In this document: piece after piece, positions 20,582 to 30,997 of the stretch | Position numbering within the stretch: position 1 is the first letter of the stretch | Layout of the letters: every line of letters starts with the position of its first letter | Assembly: GCA_023261815.1 (NCBI GenBank) | Contig: JALNKA010000001.1 | Coordinates: forward strand, 147,548 to 211,547 | Reading direction: 5' to 3' | Length of the DNA stretch: 64,000 bases | DNA from: Candidatus Wolframiiraptor sinensis | Lineage (GTDB): Archaea; Thermoproteota; Nitrososphaeria_A; Caldarchaeales; Wolframiiraptoraceae | The notes under the pieces: model-generated | Seen by the model: the letters and a program-made list of their open reading frames with translations, nothing else | Database searches by the model: none | What the model was told of the DNA's origin: nothing | Made by a program: the position numbers and the translations under genes

Positions 20582-21985
20582 ATGGAGTCGTGCAAGATTC
20601 TTGCCTCATCAGTATTATTGATCTGCCTTGCTGTTCTGATGGTGGGTCAAGCTTCAGCAGCCGCTCTCTCTATACCAGTCTTTCCTCTTAGTGAGGAGAT
20701 GCGCGATTTGCCGATCAGGGTTTACTGGATGGATGGAGTCTGCGCGCCGGAGCAGAGGAAGATCATCAAAGATGGCGTCAATATTGCTCTCGGCGTGCTT
20801 GCCGGCGGAGCGAGCGTGCTCGCGGGAGAGTATCCCGAGGGCTTCGCAGGCTTCGAATTCTTCAGATTCATGATGATCTCAACGGCCGAATCAGCTCAAA
20901 TCATAGTGACGGATGCGAATATAGGCACGACCGGCAAGACCACCCTACTTAGCCTTGGAGGCAGAATCGTTCCCCCGGTTAGGGTGGAGCTCGGATGCGA
21001 TCTAGCCTCAATAGGGGTTGACGCGGTTGTGACGATCGCCTTGCACGAGCTCGGGCATGCCTTGGGCTTAGGCCACGCGGACTTCGAGGAATACAATGGA
21101 GTGAAGGAGCTCATGTATCCCGTGGCGCGGCAGTTCATGTACCCATCAACACTAGACCTCTACGCGATTTACCTGCTAGTGATTAAGGGATATAGCGGCT
21201 CATCCATAAGCCTGCCTGAATGGCTGCCATACGCGCAGGTATCGCCGCAGAGCCTCGTGTATCCCGAGATAGCTAAGGAGAGGGTGGCCGAGGAGGAAGC
21301 TGTTGCTGTCGCGGAGCTGGAGAAAAGGCTCAACGAGCTATCGAATAAGCTATCCTCGCTCGAGAATAAGGTGATTAGTCTCGAAGACGACATACAGGTA
21401 ATCGAGAGGAGGATTGGTGAGCTTGAGGAAAGGGTGGGCGCTCTGGAGAACAGCACGCTCGATTTGATAAGGTGGGCGAATGAGACGGAAGCCGCCTTGG
21501 AGATGTGCTTCAAAGATCTCAGCCGCTTAAACGAGTCGATTTTGCAGCTCTCGGAGGCGCTAACCGGCCAATCGAGATATTTTGATGAGAAGATCACCGA
21601 GCTTATCATGAGCTTGGAGAATCTCAGGGGCAGCTTGAATGAGGCTCACGCGAAATGGTCCGAGAACTTCAAGACCATCACGGAGAGACAAAATGCTCTG
21701 GAGGAGAAGTTGAGGAGCCAGGAGGAACGCATCCAAGTATTATATGAAAGATCGAGGCAGATGAGCAGCAGGATGGAAGAGCTGAGGCTGAGAATATCGG
21801 AGCTTGAGGAATCTCTTGAAGAGCGAGATCTGCAAATAGCTCGGCTTCAGAGCTTCGGCATGATCCTATCGATAATGCTGGCCGCGACATTAGCCATCGC
21901 GATAGCAGGCCTGATCCAAGCGTCAAGGGCTAGGAAGATCGGCATTGCGGGCGGCTCGGGAAATGATCAGCAGGGCGTGACGTGA
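20582..21985 (+). CDS. Matrixin-like zinc metalloprotease with coiled-coil stalk and C-terminal TM anchor
   Basis: Signal peptide, HELGHALGLGH, Met-turn LMYP, ~190 aa of heptads, C-terminal TM followed by RARK. Confidence 0.85.
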   Translation: MESCKILASSVLLICLAVLMVGQASAAALSIPVFPLSEEMRDLPIRVYWMDGVCAPEQRKIIKDGVNIALGVLAGGASVLAGEYPEGFAGFEFFRFMMISTAESAQIIVTDANIGTTGKTTLLSLGGRIVPPVRVELGCDLASIGVDAVVTIALHELGHALGLGHADFEEYNGVKELMYPVARQFMYPSTLDLYAIYLLVIKGYSGSSISLPEWLPYAQVSPQSLVYPEIAKERVAEEEAVAVAELEKRLNELSNKLSSLENKVISLEDDIQVIERRIGELEERVGALENSTLDLIRWANETEAALEMCFKDLSRLNESILQLSEALTGQSRYFDEKITELIMSLENLRGSLNEAHAKWSENFKTITERQNALEEKLRSQEERIQVLYERSRQMSSRMEELRLRISELEESLEERDLQIARLQSFGMILSIMLAATLAIAIAGLIQASRARKIGIAGGSGNDQQGVT

Positions 21986-22058
21986 GGCTCAGCTCCATCC
22001 TTCCAAGCTCCTCGGCGATTTCCTTATATACTGTGGGAGAGGCTTGTTTGGCGAGCTC

Positions 22059-22970
22059 ATGCCAAATTTTCGCATTAGGCTTGGATCGGCGTTGATGATC
22101 GTGATCGTTGCTGTCATCGTGCTTCTTTACCTGATGCTGCCGTATGTTAGAGAGGCATATCCTTCATCAACTACCACGACTTCCACCGAGGCATCTACAG
22201 CGCCAACCACGACCACGCCATTGATGAACCCACAAACCCTAAGCATCGAGCTCGATATATCGGATAAGGAGGGCGTGAGAGATTTCGGGGAGATCGCGGT
22301 AATCGAGGTGGATGAGCCGGATGCGCTAAGATTCAAGCTGATCAACTGGAGCGCGGAAGGCTTGCGGGCTCTCTCCTTGAACGGGAGAGTGGATCTTGTG
22401 TCAGAGGGCACGAGCTACAAAGTCGATATGCCCTGCATGCTCTACTTCAATGCTTCATGTGCTAGGATCATGCTCCTCATACCGGGCTATGATGGGCCAT
22501 TGAGAATAGAGCCCGGAAGATACTCGGTGAGGCTGGAAATGCGCTGGAGTAACGCTGAAGGCTCCGGAAAAGTAAAACTACACATCTCCACGAGAGCGTA
22601 TAAGGCGTCCATAATAGATCTCGGATACAGGATTCCCGAAGACACGGCATCATGGGTTATGGCGGAGGGATCCACAAGGTCCCATGCCCTGCTCATCAAC
22701 AGAGTGGAAGCCGCCGCCGAAGATTCGGGGTACGGCGAGTTCACGGCCTATCTATGGGTTTTCGCGCCCGTTGAAGAGGAAGCAGTCAAGGCCTTCAAAT
22801 TCGAGATAAAATCACTTGAGACCGGAAAGGTGGAGCATCATCTTGAGATACCAGTTGAGAAGAGGAATGCCACCTACCGCGTAATGCTTCTGATCAAAGC
22901 AGCTCCCGGAGAATATCGCCTCAGCATACTCCAGCCCATCAACCTCTCAGTAGATCTCAGAGTCAAGTGA
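22059..22970 (+). CDS. Membrane-anchored surface protein with Thr/Ser linker
   Basis: N-terminal TM, SSTTTTSTEASTAPTTTTP, beta-rich domains. Confidence 0.7.
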   Translation: MPNFRIRLGSALMIVIVAVIVLLYLMLPYVREAYPSSTTTTSTEASTAPTTTTPLMNPQTLSIELDISDKEGVRDFGEIAVIEVDEPDALRFKLINWSAEGLRALSLNGRVDLVSEGTSYKVDMPCMLYFNASCARIMLLIPGYDGPLRIEPGRYSVRLEMRWSNAEGSGKVKLHISTRAYKASIIDLGYRIPEDTASWVMAEGSTRSHALLINRVEAAAEDSGYGEFTAYLWVFAPVEEEAVKAFKFEIKSLETGKVEHHLEIPVEKRNATYRVMLLIKAAPGEYRLSILQPINLSVDLRVK

Positions 22971-23026
22971 TTAGGATGAGCATGCTAGGCGGCGGATATG
23001 CGTCGCGTCCTCGAATACGCTTTTCG

Positions 23027-23818
23027 TCAGATTCCCTTGAGTTCTCCTAAGATTATCTCGGCGATTCTTTTGCCGCTGAGCAGCATGCCGCCGAATATCG
23101 GCCCCATTCTCGGGAGCCCGTATACGCTCGCAACCGCCATCCCGGTTACATAGAGCCCTGGCGCAACCCTCCCAGCATACTCCGAGACGAGCTTCTCCGA
23201 GAGATCAGCGTAGGCCGATCTCTCGCCCCTGATCGCCACCCCGAGCTCGGGTATCTTCCTGCACGCGATGGATACCACCTCCGCGCCGTGCCCGGTCGCG
23301 TCTACAACCGCCTTAGCCTCCGTGAAGAGCGGATCGACGTGATAGCCTCCCTCGTGAACGGGCGTCCAGACCCATACAACGCCGCACACCCTTAATGGAT
23401 CCACTCTGTAGATGAGGTCTTGGACATGCGCTCCGAGCAGCACGCTCGCGCCCGCGTCAACAGCCTTCGCGGCCAGCTTCGCGATTATCTCCGGCGGGCT
23501 CGCGACATAGAGCCCATAATCTGTTGCGGAGTATCTTATGCCGAATTCCTCCAATAGCGGTAAAACATCCTTCTGGAATGCTGCCTTGGGTAGCAGGTTT
23601 CCACCAGGGCCTGTCCCGCCGCCGAGGCTAAACCTCCTCTCGAGAATCAGCACCTTGAAGCCTCCTTTCGCGAGATAGTATGCCGCCGTTAATCCCGACG
23701 GCCCGGCCCCAACGATGGCGACGTCAACCTCGCTGAGCTCCTTCAGCTCCCTGAGAGCGTGCTCGACGATAGCCCTAGTAATATTCGCCTCCCTGATCAC
23801 GGCTTCAAATCTCCGCAT
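23027..23818 (-). CDS. thi4: Thiazole synthase Thi4 (His-type, sulfide-dependent)
   Basis: VGAGPSGL, GGG, HVDP, DATGH, PRMGPIFGGMLLSG. Confidence 0.92.
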   Translation of the reverse strand: MRRFEAVIREANITRAIVEHALRELKELSEVDVAIVGAGPSGLTAAYYLAKGGFKVLILERRFSLGGGTGPGGNLLPKAAFQKDVLPLLEEFGIRYSATDYGLYVASPPEIIAKLAAKAVDAGASVLLGAHVQDLIYRVDPLRVCGVVWVWTPVHEGGYHVDPLFTEAKAVVDATGHGAEVVSIACRKIPELGVAIRGERSAYADLSEKLVSEYAGRVAPGLYVTGMAVASVYGLPRMGPIFGGMLLSGKRIAEIILGELKGI

Positions 23819-23950
23819 CCGAGAATATCAAGTTAAATCAAGGAGACGTGAGAAGATTCTCTCAAGAATTCGGTAAATCCTCTTCGGGGAAAGCGAGGTG
23901 CTCGCGCCGACAAAGTTTATATAAGGGACCCCAACACGCTTAACGCGGTG

Positions 23951-24066
23951 CAGGAGCTTGCCGGGTGATCGCGTTCACCTCGCCTAATGAGACTCTTTCC
24001 TCATCTAGGAAACACGCTTCAAGCCTTTTCCCGGGAGCTCCCCCGAGCATCCTAATTGAACTCCTG
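23951..24066 (+). ncRNA. Putative structured 5' leader of the his operon
   Basis: TATA TTTATATAA at 23916-24; nested helices 23954-65/24030-40, 23971-74/24014-17, 23983-91/24000-09. Confidence 0.4.
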
Positions 24067-24070
24067 TTGA

Positions 24071-25090
24071 ATGGTGATGCGCATGGCCAAGATTAGTTTT
24101 GCTCTTCCGAAGGGCCACCTCTTCGATGGAGCGATCAAGCTCCTAGAGCAGGCTGGCTACGCGATCTCTGACGCCGAGAAGTCCTATAGGCCGATGATAA
24201 ATGATCCGAGGATTGAGCTGAAGATCCTTAGGCCGCAGGAGATACCGATGTTCGTGGCGGATGGATTGCATGATATAGGAATAACTGGGCTCGACTGGAT
24301 CAGGGAGACGCGCGCTGACGTGGAGGTTCTCCTGAACCTCGAGTACGGAGCGGTCAAGCTCGTTCTAGCGATCCCAAAGTCGTGGACGGGCGTGAATGAT
24401 CTCTCAAGCCTCCTCGAAAAATTCCACCAAGAGAATAGAGTCCTGAGAATCTCCACTGAGTACCTGAACATCTCGGCCGAGTGCATCATGAGCAACAATG
24501 TCTATAGGGAGCTCTACGGCTCAAAGGAGCCGCTGATCATTACGCCGTGGTGGAGGAAAGGCGAGAATAGCAGGGTCGTGTTATACCTGTCCTTTGGTGC
24601 GACGGAGGCTAAGCCTCCCAAGGAGGCTGACGCGATAATCGACGTCATGCAGACGGGTGAAACGCTCGAGCGGAATAACCTCAAGCCGATTGAGGTTTTG
24701 ATGGAGTCATCCGCGATTCTGATAGCGAACAGGAGCTCCCTAAAAGACCCGGAAAAGCGCGAGAAGATCTACGATATCCTGATGCTGCTCAAAGGGGTGA
24801 TAGATGGGAGAAGGAAGCTGCACATTTTCGTTAACGTGCACAAGGATAATCTCCCGGCCTTACTGGAGAATTTGCCGGCCCTCAAAAGGCCCACGATCTC
24901 GCCGCTGGCCGACGAAAACTGGTACTCGGTGAATACCGTGATAGATAGAGACCAGTTCCTGGAGATTCTCCCGGTGTTGAGGAAGCTAACGCAGGGATTA
25001 GTCATTTACGAGCCGAGGCAAGTTCTCCTCATTGAGGAGATGATGGGCAATAGGATGTCGAGGAGGGATGAAGATTGTCGTCGCCAATAG
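24071..25090 (+). CDS. hisG: ATP phosphoribosyltransferase (long form)
   Basis: ALPKG, RPQEIP..V..G.HDIGITGLD, TEY, GATE, C-terminal regulatory domain. Confidence 0.93.
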   Translation: MVMRMAKISFALPKGHLFDGAIKLLEQAGYAISDAEKSYRPMINDPRIELKILRPQEIPMFVADGLHDIGITGLDWIRETRADVEVLLNLEYGAVKLVLAIPKSWTGVNDLSSLLEKFHQENRVLRISTEYLNISAECIMSNNVYRELYGSKEPLIITPWWRKGENSRVVLYLSFGATEAKPPKEADAIIDVMQTGETLERNNLKPIEVLMESSAILIANRSSLKDPEKREKIYDILMLLKGVIDGRRKLHIFVNVHKDNLPALLENLPALKRPTISPLADENWYSVNTVIDRDQFLEILPVLRKLTQGLVIYEPRQVLLIEEMMGNRMSRRDEDCRRQ

Positions 25091-25196
25091 GCGCGGTGAA
25101 GCCGAGCAGTATGCGAAAGTTATTGAAGAACTTCTGATGATGCGCCATGATGATAGCTATACTAGATCTCGGGATAGGAAATCTATTCAGCATTAA
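25068..25196 (+). pseudogene. N-terminal stub of a deleted gene (probably hisD)
   Basis: SD-like GAGGAGGG then ATG MKIVVANRRGEAEQYAKVIEELL, ending out of frame inside hisH. Confidence 0.45.
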
Positions 25197-25752
25197 ACGC
25201 TCCTTCGAGAGGATCGGCCGCGAGGCGAAGATATGCGCGGGCATCAGCGAGTTGAGGAGATCAGATGCGCTGGTGCTCCCGGGGGTTGGCAACTTCTCTT
25301 GGAGCCTGCGAAAGCTCGAGAGCATCAGAGGAGCTATAAGCGAGCTCATCCTCGACGACCATGTTCCCGTCCTCGGGATATGCCTCGGAATGCAGCTGCT
25401 CTTTTCCGCCAGCGAGGAGGGGCCTGGAGATGGGCTAAACGCGATCCCCGGAATCGTGAAAAGGTTTCCAAGAAATCTTAGGGTGCCGCACATGGGATGG
25501 AATAACCTGATAATTGTCGGATGGTCGCCGATAATGGATGGGATAACTGAGCGAGACTACTTCTACTTCGCGCACAGCTATTATGCCGCGCCGGAGGATG
25601 AGAGAGTGGTCGTGGCGAAAACGGAATACGGCGTAATATTCCCATCGATAATCTCGAGCGGGAACATCTTTGGAGTGCAGTTCCATCCGGAGAAGTCTTG
25701 GAAGCCCGGCGAGCGGATAATAAGAAACTTCGTGAAAATAATTAGGCGATGA
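25147..25752 (+). CDS. hisH: IGP synthase glutamine amidotransferase subunit
   Basis: GNL.SI, PGVG, GICLGMQ, PHMGWN, QFHPEKS. Confidence 0.95.
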   Translation: MMIAILDLGIGNLFSIKRSFERIGREAKICAGISELRRSDALVLPGVGNFSWSLRKLESIRGAISELILDDHVPVLGICLGMQLLFSASEEGPGDGLNAIPGIVKRFPRNLRVPHMGWNNLIIVGWSPIMDGITERDYFYFAHSYYAAPEDERVVVAKTEYGVIFPSIISSGNIFGVQFHPEKSWKPGERIIRNFVKIIRR

Positions 25753-25767
25753 CGTTGGTGGCTCACC

Positions 25768-26481
25768 TTGCTCGTAATCCCATCGATAGACTTGATGGAT
25801 GGCAAGGTTGTCAGGCTCCTGAGGGGCGATCCAAGGCAGGCGAGGTTTTACGATAACATCGGCGATCCGGTAACAATCGCCAAGACGTGGGAATCAATGG
25901 GTGCGCAACTTATTCATGTCGTCGACCTAGATGCGGCCCTCGGGAGAGGCGACAATGTGCGGATCATGAGGGAGATCATCAGCGCGGTGAAGATTCCGAT
26001 ACAGGTTGGCGGCGGGATAAGAAGCATTGAGCGGGCGCGTCAATTAATCAGCCTCGGAGCGGGCCGGATCGTGATAGGCTCGCTGGCCTTCAAGGACGTG
26101 AACGCTCTTGAAGCTCTCCTGGATGAGGTTGGCCCCGAGAGAATAGTCGTCGCGCTAGATCACTCGATGGGGATTGTGGTGATTGATGGTTGGAGGGAGA
26201 ATACGGGAATGAGGCTTCGAGAAGCCGCTAAAATGTTCATCGACATGGGCGTGAGCTTTCTCCTAATAACATCGATCCAGAGAGATGGCTCCCTAACAGG
26301 GCCCGATATCGAGAATCTGCGCAAGGTTCTCGACCTAAACGCGAGGGTAATGGCATCCGGAGGCATAAGATGCCTAGAAGACATCATGGCCCTAAAGGAG
26401 CTCGGGGTATACGGCGTTATCGTGGGGCGCGCGCTATACGAGGGCCGCCTCGATTTAAGAGAAGCTTTAAGAATCGCGTGA
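25768..26481 (+). CDS. hisA: ProFAR isomerase
   Basis: IPSIDLMDGKVVRL, HVVDLD, QVGGGIRS, ASGGI. Confidence 0.95.
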   Translation: MLVIPSIDLMDGKVVRLLRGDPRQARFYDNIGDPVTIAKTWESMGAQLIHVVDLDAALGRGDNVRIMREIISAVKIPIQVGGGIRSIERARQLISLGAGRIVIGSLAFKDVNALEALLDEVGPERIVVALDHSMGIVVIDGWRENTGMRLREAAKMFIDMGVSFLLITSIQRDGSLTGPDIENLRKVLDLNARVMASGGIRCLEDIMALKELGVYGVIVGRALYEGRLDLREALRIA

Positions 26482-26507
26482 GACGCCGTGCCTACGGTGC
26501 TGCATAA

Positions 26508-27311
26508 ATGCCATTAGTCAAGCGCATAATACCATGCTTAGACGTGGATCACGGAAGAGTCGTTAAAGGCATAAACTTCATTGGATTGAGGGATGCCGGA
26601 GATCCCGTCGAGCTTGCCAGGAGATATTGCGATGACGGAGCGGATGAGCTGGTCTTCTTGGACATAACGGCGTCGGCTGAGAAGAGGCGCATATTGAGAG
26701 ATGTTGTCAAGGCGGTCGCATCGGAGATAGATATACCGTTCACTGTGGGCGGCGGGATAAGGAGCATAGAGGACGCTAGCATGGTCCTATCCAGTGGAGC
26801 CGACAAAATCTCGGTAAACACGGCGGCAGTGGAGAGGCCCGAGCTCATAAGCGAGCTGGCAAAAGCATTCGGATCACAATGCGTTGTCCTAGCAATAGAT
26901 GCTAAGAGGAGATATGAGCGGAGAGATGATAGGATCGTAGTGGAGACGCCGGAGGGCCCATGCTGGTTCGAGGTCTACATCTATGGGGGCAGAAAGCCAA
27001 CCGGCTTGGACGCGATTGAATGGGCCGTCAGGGGAGAAGAGCTCGGAGCCGGCGAGATACTCCTAACATCAATGGATAGAGATGGAACGGAGCTGGGATA
27101 CGATATCGAGCTGACCAAGAGCATCTCTGAGCGCGTGAGCATACCAGTAATAGCGAGCGGCGGCGCCGGAAAGCCCGAGCACTTTCTAGAAGTTTTCATA
27201 GACGGTAAAGCGGATGCAGCCTTAGCAGCATCAGTCTTCCACTACAGCAAATACCCTGTACCCGTCATCAAGAAGTTCCTCGGCGAGAGGGGGGTTCCCG
27301 TAAGGCTATGA
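26508..27311 (+). CDS. hisF: IGP synthase cyclase subunit
   Basis: [36 protein letters not shown]. Confidence 0.96.
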   Translation: MPLVKRIIPCLDVDHGRVVKGINFIGLRDAGDPVELARRYCDDGADELVFLDITASAEKRRILRDVVKAVASEIDIPFTVGGGIRSIEDASMVLSSGADKISVNTAAVERPELISELAKAFGSQCVVLAIDAKRRYERRDDRIVVETPEGPCWFEVYIYGGRKPTGLDAIEWAVRGEELGAGEILLTSMDRDGTELGYDIELTKSISERVSIPVIASGGAGKPEHFLEVFIDGKADAALAASVFHYSKYPVPVIKKFLGERGVPVRL

Positions 27312-27694
27312 GAAGCCGGAGAGCCGTGAGAATCGATGAGCTGAATTTTGAGAAATGCGGAGGCATACTCCCAGTAGTAGTCCAGGAGCATGGAACCGGG
27401 AGGGTGCTGACGCTGGCCTACGCGAATAAGGAGGCGATTCAGAAAACCGTTGAAACAGGTTACGCCCACTATTACAGGCGCTCCCATGGAAGAGTCATGA
27501 TGAAGGGCGAGACGTCCGGAAACATCCAGGAAGTGGTCGACATTCTCGTCGACTGCGATCTGGACGCAATACTATACATCGTCAAGCCGAAAGGCCCAGC
27601 ATGCCACCTCGGAGAAAACACGTGCTTCCATAACAGATTAAAGGAATGGAAAACAATCAATACAAAAGATTGTGGGGAAAGCCATCAACTATAG
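27308..27694 (+). CDS. hisI: Phosphoribosyl-AMP cyclohydrolase
   Basis: KGETSG, DCDLDA, ACHLG..TCF. Confidence 0.94.
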   Translation: MRSRRAVRIDELNFEKCGGILPVVVQEHGTGRVLTLAYANKEAIQKTVETGYAHYYRRSHGRVMMKGETSGNIQEVVDILVDCDLDAILYIVKPKGPACHLGENTCFHNRLKEWKTINTKDCGESHQL

Positions 27695-27920
27695 CCCCGC
27701 GATTCGGGGCGCATGACATCTTCCGGAAATCCGGGAAGCTCTCGACTAATGTGGCCCCATAAATCCAAAAATACGATAAAATTCTACGCTTAACATCGTT
27801 AAATCTAAACACAAATTAATCTGAGGGTCTTTCTTAACATGCGAATGCATAAAATGTCTCGAGAAAAATAAGGAGTGTTTTTTAAGATTTGTTTCTAACG
27901 GTGCGTGTCTCACTGAAGAG

Positions 27921-29362
27921 TTAGTAATGGATTTTTATGTGCTTCGGCTCCATGTATTGCATCAAACCACTTCTCCCAAGGTCATGACCTAATCCGCTTT
28001 CTTTTCGAGCAGGATATGGGGCCTCGACGGAGGTGACGTCAACGTTGTTGATTCCTATGCTTCCAAACTCGAGTCTGCGAGCGGCTTCTTTCGCGGTCCT
28101 AAGGCTGGTGGTGTAAACATAAGCGACGAGCCCGTACTCCGTCTGATTGGCCCATTCTACAGCTTGTTCGAATGATTCGAAGGCCATCACGCCGACAACC
28201 GGGCCGAAGGTCTCCTCTCTCATGACTTTCATGTCATGGGTTACATTGGCGAGTATTGTGGGCTCATACCAATAGCCTTTACGGAATAGCTCGCCCTCAG
28301 GTCTTTTACCGCCATAAAGCACCTTGGCCCCCTTGCTAATGGCATCATTAACGTGCTCCAATACCTTGTTTAGTACCTCTTTATTGGACATCGGGCCCAG
28401 ATCGGTGTTGGGGTCAAATGGGTCGCCGATCCTGAGCTTCCTCGTTTCTTCAACGAATTTGTCCAAGAAATCATCGTACATGCTCTTTTCCACGTAGATT
28501 CTGTTCACGGAATTACATATCTGGCCCATGTTCCTGAATGATCTTCTGACAGCTCCTCTGACGGCCAGGTCTAGGTCCGCGTCGGCGAACACGATCATCG
28601 GCGTCTGATTTCCCAGCTCAAGCGTGAGCCTCTTCAAGCCCTGAGCCGCAAGCTCATAATCCTTTTGCCTACTTCAGTTGACCCCGTGAAGGTTATCTTT
28701 CGAACGAGCGGATGAGTTACGAGAGCCTCGCCCACACTCCTCCCAGACCCGGTAACTACATTCACTATCCCCTTTGGCGCTCCTGCATCGGCCAAACATT
28801 CCACGAATTTTATCGGCGAAATGGGTGTATATGATGGGGGTTTTGCGACGATTGTGCAACCTGCGGCCAGCGCGGCTCCGACCTTCCAAGATAAGAGTTG
28901 GACGGGATAATTCCAAGGAGTTATCGAGGCGACAACACCTACGGGCTCCCAGACTACTATGCTGTCATGTGTTTTGTCGGGTAACGGAATAACGTGCCCA
29001 TAAATTCTGAAAATTTCTTCAGAGAAGTATCTGAGAGCATAAGCCGCGTTCATCACCTCGTTAACCGCCTGCTTGAATGGCTTGCCTTGCTCCAGCGTAA
29101 GATACCTTGCTATCTCCTCAGCACGTTTCTCGACCATGTCAGCGGCTCTGCGAAGAAGACTTCTACGATCATCCAATGAGATCTCAGACCAGCCCTTGAA
29201 CGCTCTATAAGCAGCTTGAACCGCTCGATCAACATCCCTTGCCCCAGCGGATGGAGCCTCGGCGAAAACTTCCTCCGTTGCGGGATTTTCAACGCTAAAA
29301 TACTCGCCACTACTCGCCTCAACCCATTCCCCATCAATGTACATGAGATATTTCTCCAACAC
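27921..29362 (-). pseudogene. NAD(P)-dependent aldehyde dehydrogenase (GabD-like), 1-bp frameshift at ~28655
   Basis: PWNYP, FTGSTEVG, LELG, GQIC, EETFGP; one extra G restores RIMELAAQGLKRLTLELG. Confidence 0.85.
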
Positions 29363-29511
29363 TATTCCCCATCTTATAACACTGATATAACACGTTAATA
29401 AAGATATAAGGGGGTCAACATGCTACTGCGCCCCCATTGCCTTTAAAATGGGAAATGCTAAGCCGAGGCTGAACTAACTAGCGGGGATAGGCATGTTCTT
29501 CGACCATTTTA

Positions 29512-29542
29512 TGTAATACTTATTAGATAGCAGCGTATTACA
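29512..29542. promoter_or_regulatory. Inverted-repeat operator TGTAATAC-N15-GTATTACA of vapBC
   Basis: Perfect 8-bp arms immediately upstream of the antitoxin start. Confidence 0.6.
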
Positions 29543-29548
29543 AACCAT

Positions 29549-29824
29549 GTGAGCGTTGTAAGTTTTCGCGTCGATAAGCGGCTTAAAGCTAGAATGGATA
29601 GACTTCGGCACATAAACTGGAGCGAGCTATTGAGGAGGTACGTCGAGTCCGTCGTGGAGCAGGAGGAGCGGAAGTTAAGGTCCGCTAAAGACCCCTTAGC
29701 CATTAAGCGCGCAGTCGAGGAGATGGATAGGCTGGCAAAGATCTCCGAGGGATCCGGCTGGATAGCCGAGGAAGAGGTGATCAGATGGAGGAGGAGAAGA
29801 TTCTCGTACTCGACGCAAGCGTAG
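29549..29824 (+). CDS. vapB: VapB antitoxin (RHH)
   Basis: VVSFRVD..LK..MD...INWSELLR; overlaps PIN gene. Confidence 0.85.
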   Translation: MSVVSFRVDKRLKARMDRLRHINWSELLRRYVESVVEQEERKLRSAKDPLAIKRAVEEMDRLAKISEGSGWIAEEEVIRWRRRRFSYSTQA

Positions 29825-30213
29825 CGGTGAAATGGTTTAATGTCGAGCCACTACGCGAGAAAGCCCTAATCATAAGAGATAGATATGTTAATGGCGAGAT
29901 AGAGCTCATAGCACCAGACCTCTTATACTATGAAGTGGCAAACGCTCTCAGATACAATCCCAGATTTGGCATAGAAGAGGTGAAGTCCGCGCTCAAAGCC
30001 CTAGAAGATCTGAGCATAATAACGTATGATTTCGAGGGAGAGCTGCGGGAAAAAGCAGTGGAGCTAGCATATAGATTCGGAATAACAATCTACGATGCAG
30101 CATACGTCGCCCTGGCGGTGATACGGGATGCATCCCTGTACACGGCCAATAAAGAAGTCGCAGCGAAGGCTCAATTAACAAATGTAAAATATCTATCCGA
30201 AATAGCCCCATAA
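29785..30213 (+). CDS. vapC: VapC PIN-domain toxin
   Basis: VLDASV, YEVANA, TIYDAAY; final TAD reads TAN. Confidence 0.9.
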   Translation: MEEEKILVLDASVAVKWFNVEPLREKALIIRDRYVNGEIELIAPDLLYYEVANALRYNPRFGIEEVKSALKALEDLSIITYDFEGELREKAVELAYRFGITIYDAAYVALAVIRDASLYTANKEVAAKAQLTNVKYLSEIAP

Positions 30214-30997
30214 GCTGAAAGAGGAAGACCATCCATAAGCATCACCAGCTACGAGTTGAGGGGCAAGTGGTCGTCAACGATTAATGGACTAGATATTAGT
30301 GATTGCCACGAATCATCATGCCAGAATACTGCCATATTTTCCTCGAGACCTCTCCCGGCCACCAACATTTCTATTGTTACCCTTCCGGGCTAAAAGCAGT
30401 AAACGTTTATCGGGCACCTACTGTCCTCAACAACCCGATTAAAAGCTTATTTCTCTTATCAAGGCTTTCTCGCCAACTTTTAGCCGGAATTCTTCCCCCA
30501 AAAAGCACCACAACTGCTAGGACTAAGATGAGTATTTTTCGCGCTAAATTTCCGAGAAAAACTCAGGCGAATTTAATAGAATATGATGGAAGCTCATTCG
30601 GAAATGAGGTTTTTGAAACTTTAGACGGTTTAAGTCTCTTGGAAAGCCGTCTAAGGTCAGGCGGATAAGGTAATAGGGCAGGATGCTGAGATGATAAACC
30701 TGACGATACCAGGGTCCGAAAAAAGAGAGCTAGACGGCTACATCATCATGCTACTCGGCGTCGAGCCTCAAAGAGAGTACCCCGACAAGGTAGAAATCCC
30801 CCAATCTAGCTACGAGATCACTCTGAAGGTCTCACAGAGACTACGCTAAAATGTTGCTGGAATGATCAGATCAAGAGGAGGTTAGGAGACTTATAGAGGG
30901 TTATAGAGCAATAATGCGGCATCGTGAGCACTTTTATCCTGAAAAACGGTTATATGTCCTTCGCAAAACTATGGTTAATGGAGGTGCTTAATGGTTT

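Noticed and set aside
23820-24070. TPP riboswitch upstream of thi4
   Set aside because: Conserved CTGAGA...CCTGA...GGGA core not found on the thi4 strand
30303-30668. 121-aa ORF
   Set aside because: No recognisable motif and atypical composition; the region looks like decayed sequence
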